Shown here: positions 40,336 through 53,460 of the stretch, one piece after another
Layout: the number at the start of each line of letters is the position of its first letter
Position numbering within the stretch: position 1 is the first letter of the stretch
Origin: Bugula neritina
Lineage: Eukaryota > Animalia > Bryozoa
Reading direction: 5' to 3'
DNA length: 64,000 nt
Assembly: GCA_964035545.1 (NCBI GenBank)
Contig: OZ037766.1
Span: forward strand, 29,390,640-29,454,639
Translations under genes and position numbers: made by a program
Notes under the pieces: model-generated
The model's database searches: none
What the model was told of the DNA's origin: nothing
Seen by the model: the letters and a program-made list of their open reading frames with translations, nothing else

Positions 40336-43300
40336 CACAGAGAGAAATATTAGTGCAGCGCTTGCACTAAAGTTGTTCAAAGAGCCTTTTATTGTCGGTA
40401 TAGCCTGCACCACACCTCTAATAGTTGTTAGACCTGCACTTATTTTGGTGAAGTTGAAAATTAATCCGATTAGTGTAAGCTGAAAAATATTTTGTAGTAG
40501 CTCTGAAACCACTTAGTTGTTAAGTCAACGCTACTTTTCACAAGTATTACGTAACCATCATCCCTATGTCTGAATGAAGCTAAACAGTAGTTGATAGGAG
40601 CAGAAAGTGAGATCAATGCTGCAACTACATATTATGTTCAAGCAAAATTTTATTTACATAAGAATTATGGAACAATCGGCAGTTGTTCAACTAACAACAT
40701 TATTCGTTCACATGTGCACTAATGATGATCACAAACCTTTATAGGAAGATAGGATAGAGTTGAACCCTACATTTGGGTCATTTGAATTGGTGCTTCCCAG
40801 TTAGATGCTATTTATACATTTTAGGTGCAATTTATTTGAATACTATTGAAATATGTGTGTATTTAAATAAATTTGAGTCAATTGCTTTTTATAATTGGCA
40901 CACAAATAAATTTCTTTGCTCCGCATAAACCTATTAATTTTGCATTTTCCATATTTTTTGTTTTTTGAAAAAAATGTTATTATTAATGCATTTAATGCTT
41001 TTTTTCAACACAAATTTGGGAAAATTTAAATATTATTGCAAATATATCATATTAATGGTTATTTTATGTTTAGCAATTGATATGAAAGTTATATAAGGGT
41101 ATATAGGTATATAATACTTATTACCAAAACAAAAAATACAACCTAACTGGGGAGCATATAAGTGGAATGAAACTCCTTCAACCAACTAGCTGTTTATGAT
41201 TTCGAAATTTTTTTGAACCCAAGACATTTTCAAATAGTTTGTTACCAGACTACTATTAAACATTGCCCCACTCCGTTTATCAAAGACTTAAGTTGAATTT
41301 ATCAACAAACAAAAATCAACTGCGCATATCTCTTGCATGGGTAGTTTAGGCTTCACTAGTCAATTTCATTCATGGAAACGAAAGCCAACTAATTTAAAAT
41401 GTGTGTAAAAGAGAGATCAGGGAGATGCACCGTTAAACTCCAATGTACTCAGTTATCAGCAAATGTGTTTCAAACAAGAAGCTTAAAATTAACAATGAAA
41501 CAAGCTACTGAATAGTCAATTGTGGATCAGGTGAAGCACTTCAAAAGCCTTGTGTAAACTTGTGTAAACTACCTAGTGGAACAAAAGAAGATGTTGCATA
41601 ACAGAGCTATAGTAAGGAAATATTTAAATTGTAATTCAAAGGCAAGAAACTGGCTTACCAAGCATTGAAAGAGCAAAACAAAGGTTATTACATAACAGCA
41701 CATAGTTTTCATTCACGGCTATTGACAGAAGAAATATTCTGCCGGCATAGTGAACACCAGAGGCTCAGACTAAGAGGTTGTGCTTTGAGATTCAGTGAAT
41801 TTGTGCTTCCAAACAACCTCACAACATGGAAAACATTGAATCATTTCATCACATGGGTAAAGATTGCAGCTACCTCTTAGAGATAGAAGATGATCACTTT
41901 CTTTCAGAGTTAGGAACTGAAGTTGTCATTGCAGCAAAAGGTAAGTTCAATCATTTGCTTAACGTTGTCATTTTATATCACAATGACAGTATGACTATTT
42001 CTGTAGACAGATAATTAAATTTGTGCAACTATAACTTTTAAGAGACCACATTGACTGATATTTCCCAAACTACTCTATTCCTATATCAATTTGATACGAG
42101 TTTTCCTGTAACAATCTATTTTCAAAAAATTTAGCGTTTTATTTCCACTTCATCTTCTAGCAATTTGTGCTAAATTCATTAATTTGAATCCCCCCCCATT
42201 GTAGAAGTATTGTTAATAATGCAGTTTAGCAACCTACAAGTAGTTATTAGCCTTAAGCAGCTGCCAAGCTAGCTTCTTGTTTTATAGCTTAGTACCAAAA
42301 TGCCAATATTAGTGGTGAGTTGGCAAAGTTGGCAAATTTTTTTATTAATTTCCGTGCTACCAGTTTATTATTTTATTTATCTTTGCACAGCACAATTAAA
42401 TATAAAAACATGTTTAGGTAGCAATATTTTTCTTGGTAATACTTTATTTGTTTTTCAATTTATAGACATACTGAAACTTATCAATATCTGTTATCTCGAT
42501 ATGAGGGGTCCATATAAAATGCTGACTCCAGCTTAAATTGTGGTTCACTGACATTTTAAGATAATTTTAATGCAGAAAAGCTTCTATTAACTAAACTAAT
42601 TATGCCCAACAGCTCTTGCATTTGTAATTAAGAAAGAAGTAAAATAAAATGATGGCCAAAATTGTTACTAAATTTCGATAAGCTCAAACTAACCCAAATA
42701 CTACGCAACATGATGATCATAAGTTTGCCAAAGCCTGTATGGTTATTCAGAATCAAACGATTGGTCCGATGGTGCTGAAAATATGCTGAAAGATTCATAG
42801 CTAACATCATTGATACTATTAGTTTTGGCCTTAGACTTCAGCTTCTTCAAAGTTGAACTTAATTTATTTACGCTGCTTGTGATTGTATATCTTTACCAAA
42901 TGTTTACTGTTCATACTAATACAGTTTAAATATTACCCAACTTTTATCTTTTGTTGTAGATCCCATAACATTTTTTAAGAACATGCACTCAAAGATGCTG
43001 AATAGGAGCACAAAAAAGAATTTGACCGCTACAAAACTTTGAATCATGCTGAGACCTTCAGCCTGCAAGCAGGCGCACTCACCACTACATTACAAGCGTC
43101 ACTGGGTGCTCTCGACACTACACCTTACCCACTTTTCAAGAACTCAGCTGCCTTTTTTATACTACTCCTTCAAGCTTCCTTGACCACTCAACTCCTCTCA
43201 GAGTACTACCACACTTTACTAACTGCTGGAATTAGTTATAAAACTTCCCCCTCCCTCCCCCCTCCCGTACTTGGGTTACTATCACAGACCTCGGACTTGC

Positions 43301-44113
43301 ACACAGGTGTGCTAACCATCACACACCACAACCGCTTGGTTATCGCTACACTACAGAGCAAGAATGTAATGACACACACTATGGTCTTAGCAGGTTCTGC
43401 TAATATTGAGAAAAGTTAACTGAATTTACAGTCGTAGAAAAATTCTGCAAATGTTTATTTTCATGTTTTTTTTTCTTATTTTAATCTTTAGAAGTTATTT
43501 TTTGTTGCATTTCTTATATTCAACTATCATATACAATAAAATCCACATTACTATACTCTCATACTGGTTAGAAGTTATGACAAGTTAATTCAGAGTGATC
43601 AATAATAATTTTTGCAGAAGCTTATTTCCAACAAAAATTAGAGCAGCATGGAACATTTATAATTTCAGCTTTGAATATAACTTAGTTCAGCATTGAGCGT
43701 ATCTAAGATCATCATTGAACAGAAATAAGATCATCATTAAACATATACAATATCACTATTGAGCATAAATAAGATCACCATTGAATATATATAATATCAC
43801 TATTGAACATAAATAAGATAACTATTAAACATATATAATATCACTATTGAGCATAAATAAGATCACCATTGAACATATATAAGCTCACCATTGAACATAT
43901 ATAAGATCACCATTGAACATAACTTGGCTCATTGTGATAAATACAAAGAATCAACTTCACAACTCTTTATATCAACATTGATCTAACATACTATTCACTG
44001 TGAACAGTACCTGACACTAATTTCTATTCACTGCTGGTCAATTTAGGAGCCAAAAAACGAGCTGTTTTAGTTGTCAGCTAATGTTCACTCTAACACTAAT
44101 ATTTCTCTCTGTG
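40336..44113. mobile_element. CACTA/EnSpm-like (CMC) non-autonomous TIR element, 3.8 kb
   Basis: Perfect 20-bp TIR CACAGAGAGAAATATTAGTG / CACTAATATTTCTCTCTGTG, 2-bp TSD TT. It splits the conserved upstream leader of D8C copy C. No intact transposase. Superfamily inferred from CAC termini plus 2-bp TSD. Confidence 0.72.
43700..43922. repeat. 21-bp minisatellite (ATAAGATCACCATTGAACATA-like)
   Basis: About 10 tandem units inside the CACTA-like element. Confidence 0.85.
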
Positions 44114-44184
44114 TTGAAGTCACTGTTAGTGTTACTGCTTCACTCACTGTTTTTAATAACTCAGTCATCGATATTTTCGTGATC

Positions 44185-46057
44185 ATGAAGATTATTGTGG
44201 CAATTTTATTCTTAATGGTTTTTTCACTGAGGCTTTCTAGCAGTGAAGCAGCCAGTCTTTCCTATGACCTGTTTAATGATGGTAAGTTTTTTTAAAATTT
44301 GCTTACGATTATAACAAAAACATACATTGTGGTAAATATTAGTGTAATAATAATTATTTAGAGAAGCTTGCTAGTGTAATTATTAATTATTCTTTGAAAA
44401 ATTCTCATTCTAATAAGCAACAGAATTTAGTTTTCCAAAGCAGAGTAATGGTAAATTTAGTTGACTATTATTTAAGGTAAAATACAAATATATACTAGTT
44501 TTGCCGTACTAAAACATATTACATTGTTCAAATATTTACACAGGTTGCGTAATATATGTTTTTGTAAATTTTCATCTTGAAAACGATATACGTTATAAAC
44601 CTATAAATTTTATAATATAACATCAAATTAAATTCAATATTATGTTGTGGAGTTTTAAAGCTGTTAGTAAACTCATAATAATTCATATCTACATATTTTA
44701 CTACTTCTTATATTGTATCCATGCAATTTTTCGATATATACATAATTTAGAACTCTAATCATCTTTTTAAGAATAGGTAAGGTATGGTACTATACGTCAG
44801 TTACAGCCAGTTTTCATTTGATCATAAGTAATATTTAAGAAGAAAATTTTCAATGAGCAACGGCTTTAAAATATCTTAAATATAATTTATCTTGAAAGTA
44901 GTATATCATTAAAATAACAAATATAATATTGAAGAAGATAAAACAGGGTTAGTATTTCTAGGATTCTGGTTGACCTTTAGTTCTGCATTATAAAACTACT
45001 ATGCTTGGCGGATTGGACTGCTTTTAAAGATTTCAGTTCAATCAGTTTGTTTTTTGTAAACTTGATGCCACTTTATATATTATCAAGTACCAATTTATAA
45101 AGGCTTTGCAAATTAAACATATATAGCTGAGTGTTTAGCTACAATATAACTGATAAAGTTATAGTCACTTAAGTCAATTGTAATTAAGCTGCATATGTAT
45201 TTTTGTACATGAAAAAAGCAGCTATATGAATACAAGCATCAAAAATTTTTACCCTAAACTGCAAATTTTTTTAAGGGCAATGGAAGTTGTTTTTTGTCAA
45301 AAGTTAAAATAATTATACTGTAGTGTATACTGCATTTACTGATGTAGATAAATTTATATTTTTGCATTTTAGATGAATCACTTAGACTAAAGTTTGAGCT
45401 CTTTGAAGAAAGAGTGAAACTTCTTCAAAGAATCTTAGCTGTAAGCTGCACCACTGAGCAGCTTCATAGAGTAAAGAGAGACATCATTCCTGGTCATGGG
45501 GAAAGTCAGTTGTTTGTGGAGAAATTTCTTTACCAGAAGTTGATCATGAGACTCAGTGAGTGCAGACAAGAGTCAGCATCAACAGTTACATCAACATCAA
45601 CGTCAACAGTTACAGTTGAAAGTACTACAACAAGTAAACCATTTCCTCTAGAATGTCAAACAGCAACAAATCTAACTGAGATCTGGAGAGCTGACAATGA
45701 AGGAATGAGACTTACAGCTAACAACTCGCCAGCATGTGATATACGTACAATGATAGCCAATGGCAGGCCATGGTTCAGATTTGCTGGAAAAGCAGGAAAT
45801 AAGTTACTAGACACGTGCCCACTTCCTTACAGTTGCGGAACTATTGGTGGGATTTGGAGCAACGCTACAATGCCATCTGATGTGGGTGTAGCCACACAGG
45901 TGAGAGCATATCGCTCTTGGACAGATGGTTGTTATCAGTATCCAATATACATAAACGTATAATGAGATGCTCCACACCTAGCCAGCATGATTTTATCTAC
46001 CAGTATGCAGGCACAAACATGTGTCACTACTCTTTTTGTGGAATGAAAGTTGAATAA
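44185..46057 (+). pseudogene. D8C-like domain gene copy C, frameshifted near the C-terminus
   Basis: Exon 1 44185-44281; exon 2 from 45373. A TA duplication at 45958-45961 gives a stop at 45960-45962, removing the last three Cys; the ancestral stop is at 46055-46057. A 3.8-kb TE lies ~70 bp upstream of the ATG. Confidence 0.78.
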
Positions 46058-47066
46058 AGCTGAGTTTTATACTATGAAAAAATATGTCAGATATAAAGTG
46101 CAATTCCTATGCCTTTTCAAATTCTTATTACATTAATTTTACTTATGCTTAAATGCTTACTTTTATTGGTATTTTTAATATTATATATCACTAAACAAGA
46201 TGTGATGAGGATTTTTCACTTGGACTTTGATAATAAATTATATAAAAAACAGCCTACTGAGCTAAATAACCAATTTCCTATATTTGCAGTCAAATTTCTA
46301 ACATCATTGTTTATTCTAAAACTTTTAATTTGAAAAGATGAATCCAGGTTTTATGAAACTTCGGTCAAGAATTGTAATTTAGACATGCACAGGAAATTTA
46401 CAAATAATAAACTATGCAAAGATACAAATACAAAAACAGCCTAGTATATAATATATTTGTTAAACAATGCTAATACTTATACAAGTTTCTACTCAAAATC
46501 TAAACCAATGCAGTTAAATGTCTGCTGAAAATCGCAGAAGGTCATATAACAAGATGACTGTTCAACAAATACTAAGCCTAAAAGTATCTGTTGAGGTCTA
46601 TGACAGATCTATTACTTGATCACATAGACATAATACCATAGAATACCACTTTATAATTATAATCAATGTTACAACACAACATATAATAGCCTTAATACAA
46701 ATACATACTGTTCTGGCACATGCAGTTCACTAAAAATACATATTGTTGCTAATATTCGTAAGTTCTACTCCAAATCTAAAACCAAAATAACTTAATAATA
46801 TCTGCTAAAAAGTACTATGCAGAAAAATTGATTTTACTTTGCATTATGAAAAAAGTTTTTTTTCATAATAGAGCTCTTGCACAATTTTACAGTTACCCAA
46901 CAAATAATAAAATTATTGTTATATAAAAGTCTACAGTTTCTCGCATACAAAGTAGCACAGCACATTAAATAGTGTAATAGCCTTAGTACATACTATATAT
47001 ATTATAATGTGTAAATGTGGATTTTATCTTCAGCCTCGCAGAAACTGTTAACCAAAGACAAGCGCA

Positions 47067-47389
<323 letters not shown>

Positions 47390-50300
47390 AGTGGCTTAGA
47401 TTTTATATGACAAGTAGTACTATAAGCTTTCTATACAGTAAGCTGTACTTGTCAGGTACTAGACTAATTATACAAGCTCTATAACCAGCAATAGTGTACT
47501 ATTGAACAATCTGCTTTAAGCTACACCCCTATAACTAGATTGGTAATCTTACTGCACACACTCAAATACATACACTCATGTACAAGTAAACCCACGTTTA
47601 TATATTGTAAACTGAATTCATATACACTATTTTTATATGTTTATAGATCATTGGTTTATATTAGTAACATAAAAATAAACACATAATTATGAAAGCAATC
47701 CAGCCATTTATATTTTAGTTATACATTATGCAGCAATGTAAGACAACTTCCAGACACACATGCTATGATGTTTTTTTAATGCTGCAGTTTGTGTTCAAAT
47801 AATTATCACTACTCAAAAAGGAAATCTTCCTTTAGTCAGCTATCTTGTAAAACCTCATCATATGACACTGTCAGCTAACAATGACCTCCAACATTGTAAC
47901 TCAATGCTTACTACTTTGAACTAGTGAAATGTGATGAATTCTCATTGTATAATAAAACATTGTAAATATTCTATGCCATATGCAACTATTTTTTAGAAAT
48001 ATGGACTGAAATATAAAATAGTTTATATTTAGCTGCTATTTAAAGTTGTCTGCTCTTTATATATTTTAGAGATGTAAAATAGTAATATTAAAATTGATCA
48101 TAGGCAGAGTTATGCAGCTCAAATATTGTCGAAATTCAATATAATATTATAAACAATCATCAATTAATGTAGTTATTATAAATATATACTATATATAGCT
48201 ACTGCATTTATAAGATATAGTAAATTATACATATAACACATGAGTTGCTATTTAAGTGTAGACTGTAAACTTCAGTTTGTAAGGGATGCTGAATCACATG
48301 ATAGTTCTATATAGTTGGTAGTATAGAAGAAGCAGGAATTAAGTTTTTTATAAAAAAAACTTTCATAGCTATGCTTTTTGATCTTTTTACTTTAGTCTCA
48401 CTTATTTCAAAACCATACTAAATTCTTTTAGAAATATATCACATATACCTAACACTAATTCTACATGATATATGTTGATATAATATAACATATTACAGTC
48501 ATGGTAACAATTGACTTCTCATATTATTAAGTGTATCTTCTTAATTTGCATTCTGGTTAATTATTATCATATATTGTGGTCTAGAAAGTGTAGCTATGTT
48601 ATTTCCTGTAGCTGGAATGACCACTTAGAAATTCCTGCATTGGTGGGACTTTATAGTTGTATAATATATATTTATGGTCCAGTTTTTGATTAATTACCTC
48701 TCCTTAGGTGTCAATCTTTAAAATGTATGAGCACAACAAATATACACATCTGCATATGGCGGTGATCTTTCTCATGTCTGCTAACGTGACATGGCACGAA
48801 ACACGTGACACAATATTTGACAATGAAAGTTGCAATACGTTTTGATGCCATAGCAAAAAACTTTTTGGAATAACTATAACGTTTAGCAGGAAATATGAGC
48901 ATTATTTTGTATTATATATTGCATCTCATTTAATGGAATTAGGTAAATTTAATAAAATATATATTTAACTTTGTAAATTATATAGTGTCTCTGGAATTGA
49001 ACAAAACCAAAGAGAGCTAAGGATGCTAGCTAGTCTATACATACAATGCCTGTATCATAGTAGCATTATTGACTTTTCACACCAAAACTCTTGTATTGAA
49101 AGAAGATATGCACATGCAGATTTAAAAACACACGTCTTTTGGTGTCCATAAAGCTATAACCGCAATGTTCGGCAGTTGTTATCGTTGTCAATATCAAACT
49201 CAAAAAAATAGTTGCGTCGGTAAAAGAACGAATTCAAAAGCTAGGTAAGCTTGCTATGTTATTATGTCAACAATCAATTGAACTTTCAAGCTTTCAGACA
49301 AAAAGCTGCAAAAACGTTTAATGATATTTTAGTGAAATGAGTGTTGAGCCTAAAAAGTACGGTTTTTGTAAACTGCGTAAACGTAAAACGGAAAAAAGTG
49401 GCGGAAACGTAAACAGGAGAAAACAACTCAGAAAAACTTCTAACGACTACTTTTAAACATAAAATCCGGTTGCGTGAGCGTGGCCATAAAATCAGGAAAC
49501 ATCCAAGCCGTCGGCGCACAAAGAGTTTAGTTACACAACTAGTTTTTATTATGGTGTTGACAATTACATTTTTACCTGCTAATAATTAACTTTTAAACTA
49601 CAAAACCGAGCCCAATAATTGTGATTCTCGTAGTTGCATAGATACCAAAACCTTCGATGTTTTACTATTAACTAAATTTTAGTTGTTCAACTAACATTCG
49701 TACGACTTAAGTTATCTAGCCAGCATAATATTATTTTTTTATCGAAATTCCCATTAAAATATCTCATTAAAAACTACAGTGAAAATAAGTTAATATTTAT
49801 CGTTGCATGTAATTGTTATAATAAAAAATGCTTATTATTGTTATCATGCTCATGAGTATTTTCAAACTTTAACTATAAAACGTAGAACTATCGTTAGTAT
49901 TTATAGTACAATGCTATTTCAAATAGTGTGACTCAATTAGTATAATTTCATCAAATAAATAATTTGATTAATAAACCAAGTTAATACTTATGGGTTAAAA
50001 TGCAGAACTTTTTAGTTTTGTGCTTAAAGTGTCTTACTTCCACTACCTCAAACTTAGGCCTTGTGCTCAAAACTTTGATCGATAACTCACTAGAAGTAAA
50101 TGAATAGCCATGGCAGCAAAGTTGTTTTAATTTTTTGTTCTTTAAAATAATATTGTAAAGATGTGAGTGAAATTGTACATACTAGTAACTTGTATGTATT
50201 ACTGTACAGCATGATGTAATCAAAGAACACAATAACTTGAAGAACTATTTGATATTTATGCAATAAAACATAAAATATGATGCAATAATATAAGTAAAAG

Positions 50301-51003
50301 TAAGAAAAAAAAAACAAAAAAAAAAAACAAGTTTTTAGTTTTGTATAAAAATGTGTTCAAGGCACAGCAAATAAAAATTACAAAAACATATTTGCTGACG
50401 AAATGTCACCAAAATGCTGAACAACTGAAACTTCATCATGGCTTATAACGCCTCGCATATAATTGCAAATATGCAACGGCTTATCAAAGCTTTAATGCCC
50501 TAAACACCTAATATGAATGTACACATTTTGCAAAGTCTTGCTAACAGTTAAAATACCGCTAAATAAATCAATATGTTCTCAGTAGGTCTTCTTTGATGCT
50601 ACAATACGATCTAGAGGAAATATGTAAATAATAATGGAACAATCAGCTGTCATTCTTTACTTTGAAAGTGACAATCGCAATCACAGTGGTGTGACAGCTA
50701 CATTGAAACCAAACCAATTTGTAAAAAGCAACTTGATTACATTGGAGTCTTGTGACGGAGCTGGTGGTTTACTGTTCTGTCAACTCAGCAGTCAACTTCA
50801 AAGGACTTGCACATGCTAGCAAGCAAGTCCTATGAATTTGTAACAGTGAGTAGCGCAGGGAAATATTCCAAGGATTCTCTTCTTGAACACAAACAAAGCT
50901 GCCAAAACAAACAATCAACAAATTACAATTTTCTTCACAAGTGCAAAGCTAATGACAAAACACACAGCAAAAAATAAACAATATAGCTGATTATACAGCT
51001 GTA

Positions 51004-52284
51004 CCTTTATCACAGTTATTAGAACCAGAATGTCCGTAATACTTATTGCATTTATTCTTGGAGCTAATTAAATCTTTGTTCCTGCAACACCAATAAACTG
51101 CTCTTGTATTGCGCCTCTTTGTATACAAGTATTAGTTAAATACTTCTCACCCCACTCTTATCTGTTATATAAAGCAAATCCAGTACTTCCAAGTTTTTAG
51201 TTAACTTGACTCCTGGTTCATCAAATCTTTTCAAAGTGATAGCTAAGACTTTTGGAAGCTTTGTAAACTGAGACAGTTGTACAGTTATATCTAGACTACT
51301 AGAGCTCAAAAATAGTAACATGAGTATTTATTCAGTAGTCAGAAATTCTCAAGAATATGGTCCAAAATATTATGTAAACATAAAATACACAAAGTACCCT
51401 TCGAAAACATATCCATCTAGTTTCTTGGAACTGAATTGATGCCCTGCAGTGTGACCTCACTCTGTAACAAATAAAATAGCCAATACAAAAACGTGATGCT
51501 ATAGTGCCAATAAAATAAATGTTCTATTTGTTGCCAAATCACCTCTAATAGAGGAACTGGTAATAAATTCATTGACTGAGCAAATGCTGTTTCAGCATTG
51601 CAGAAATGACATTTAGTCAACTATTCAACTTCTGACCAGAACAATTTTGTCCCATTGAAGAAAAGAGCATAAGTGTTTAGTGTACCTACTAACTGTCACT
51701 TTAGGAATTATAAACTATACATAAGCAACAAATGTGTTCAAGCAATGTTAATGTTACCCAACCTATTGCATCGCATGTTATAAACTTCCATTAATACCTC
51801 GGCAACATCATGCTGCTCATTATTCATGAAATCAGGTAAAACCTCTAAAAACAAAATATGTATGTAAAAGAAGCCTTAATTGGTGGCTATTCTTGATTAA
51901 AATGTCAATTATACATTTGGTTTTTGATAAGGGATTTGAAATTTATCGTTAGCCATGAAATTCAACCCTTGATCTGTGGAATTGCTACTGGCACAGTAAC
52001 AAATGAAGCATATATAACCAAAAAAGAACACTAAAGTGAAACCAAAAGACCAAAACAGTGATCTACTTCTCGATTACAGTATGAAAAAACATGACCATTT
52101 ATTTCCTATATAAATAGAACAAGTTACTTTAAATCTAGGTTTAAAGTCATATTAATCCCCTAAGAAAAAGATAAATTAAAATTTATGTACTCACAATTTA
52201 CTTGTAGCGGTGGTGTGCGGTTTATAGTTTGAATACATGCATTTAAAAAGCATGTATTTCCAAAATTAGTTATACCTCTATAAT
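51004..52284 (-). pseudogene. Spliced, decayed ubiquitin-specific protease (peptidase C19/USP) gene inside the MULE-like element
   Basis: Exon 52284-52195 YRGITNFGNTCFLNACIQTI (Cys box). About 51844-51758 PDFMNNEQHDVAEVL (QxD box). About 51650-51540 TKCHFCN. About 51305-51150 KLPKVLAITLKRFD. About 51050-51004 YGHSGSNNCDKG (possible start of the His box). In-frame stops present. A degenerate first exon probably lies near 53726-53521. Confidence 0.78.
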
Positions 52285-52844
52285 CTGTAAAAATTATCAA
52301 AACAACAGGACCATTACAATGAATGCTAAACAATGAATATTCTTGACTTCAAATTATATTATCAGAACAACAATTTGGCTTAAAAAAAACCTAGACTTTT
52401 TGGCTTATTTAATATGAAAAAGACTGTTACTCTCACAAGACAAATGTCAAATACACTATATCTGCACCACAAGACCAAAATGAGTCTTAACAGGGTATAC
52501 AATGGGTTTTAAGATAACATGTGACTGAGTGTTATAGCCAATTCATTAAACACATATATGTTTAAGTTCAACTGCATCAATGTGAAAGTTTGATGCACTT
52601 TTTCTCAACGATTTGAATAAAACACTCAAGTAGTATAAGTATTACTATCCATCTTGTCTTAGACTTACTAATTATTAATCAATATACCATAAGTATAGTT
52701 ATAAGCTTATATTAATATCACAATACCATTTAACAATAACTGGTTAGTGAATTACATATATAATTAAATGAATTAAAATAAACATAAGATTAGCAGATGT
52801 GAATTACTACTACAGTATTAGAATAAGAATACCAATACAATTAT

Positions 52845-53460
52845 GAATTATTATTATTAATAATACAAAATTATATTAAAATAATAGGCTAATAATAATA
52901 CTACACTTTATATAATGACAATGATTATCATTATGATTATATTATTATTATTAATATTAATAATTAATTTAATACTAAAATATTAATTAACATAATACTA
53001 ATACTTATACTTATACCAAGTTTAATAGTAATAGTAATACTAATAGACAATAGACATAGTAATAGAACTAGTAGCACTAAGTTTAATAGCTATACTAATA
53101 GTATTACATTTACTATTAGTATTAATATTAGTATTAGTAATATAATTATAATTATAATAAATGTAATTCAATACCTAAAGTTAAAATGATATCGTAATCT
53201 ATAAGTTATATAATTATCACTATAACTATAAGTATAAGTATATTAATTATTATTTATATTATTAATTAAACGCTATTAGTATTACTATTAGTATTAGTAA
53301 AAGTGATACTATTACTATTAGTATTACAGCATTACTATTACTATTGAGTATTAGTATTACTATTAGTATTAGTATTACTATTAGTATTATTAATATTTCT
53401 ATTAATATTAATATTATTATTTATTAAATTTAATCGTTAATATGATTTAGATTATTATTT
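52845..53460. repeat. AT-rich TAGTAA/TATTAG/TATTAC low-complexity array
   Basis: Visible; same type as 13872-14335. Confidence 0.75.

Noticed and set aside
41665-42014. Possible transposase remnant in the CACTA-like element
   Set aside because: Short broken ORFs with no motif I can recognise.
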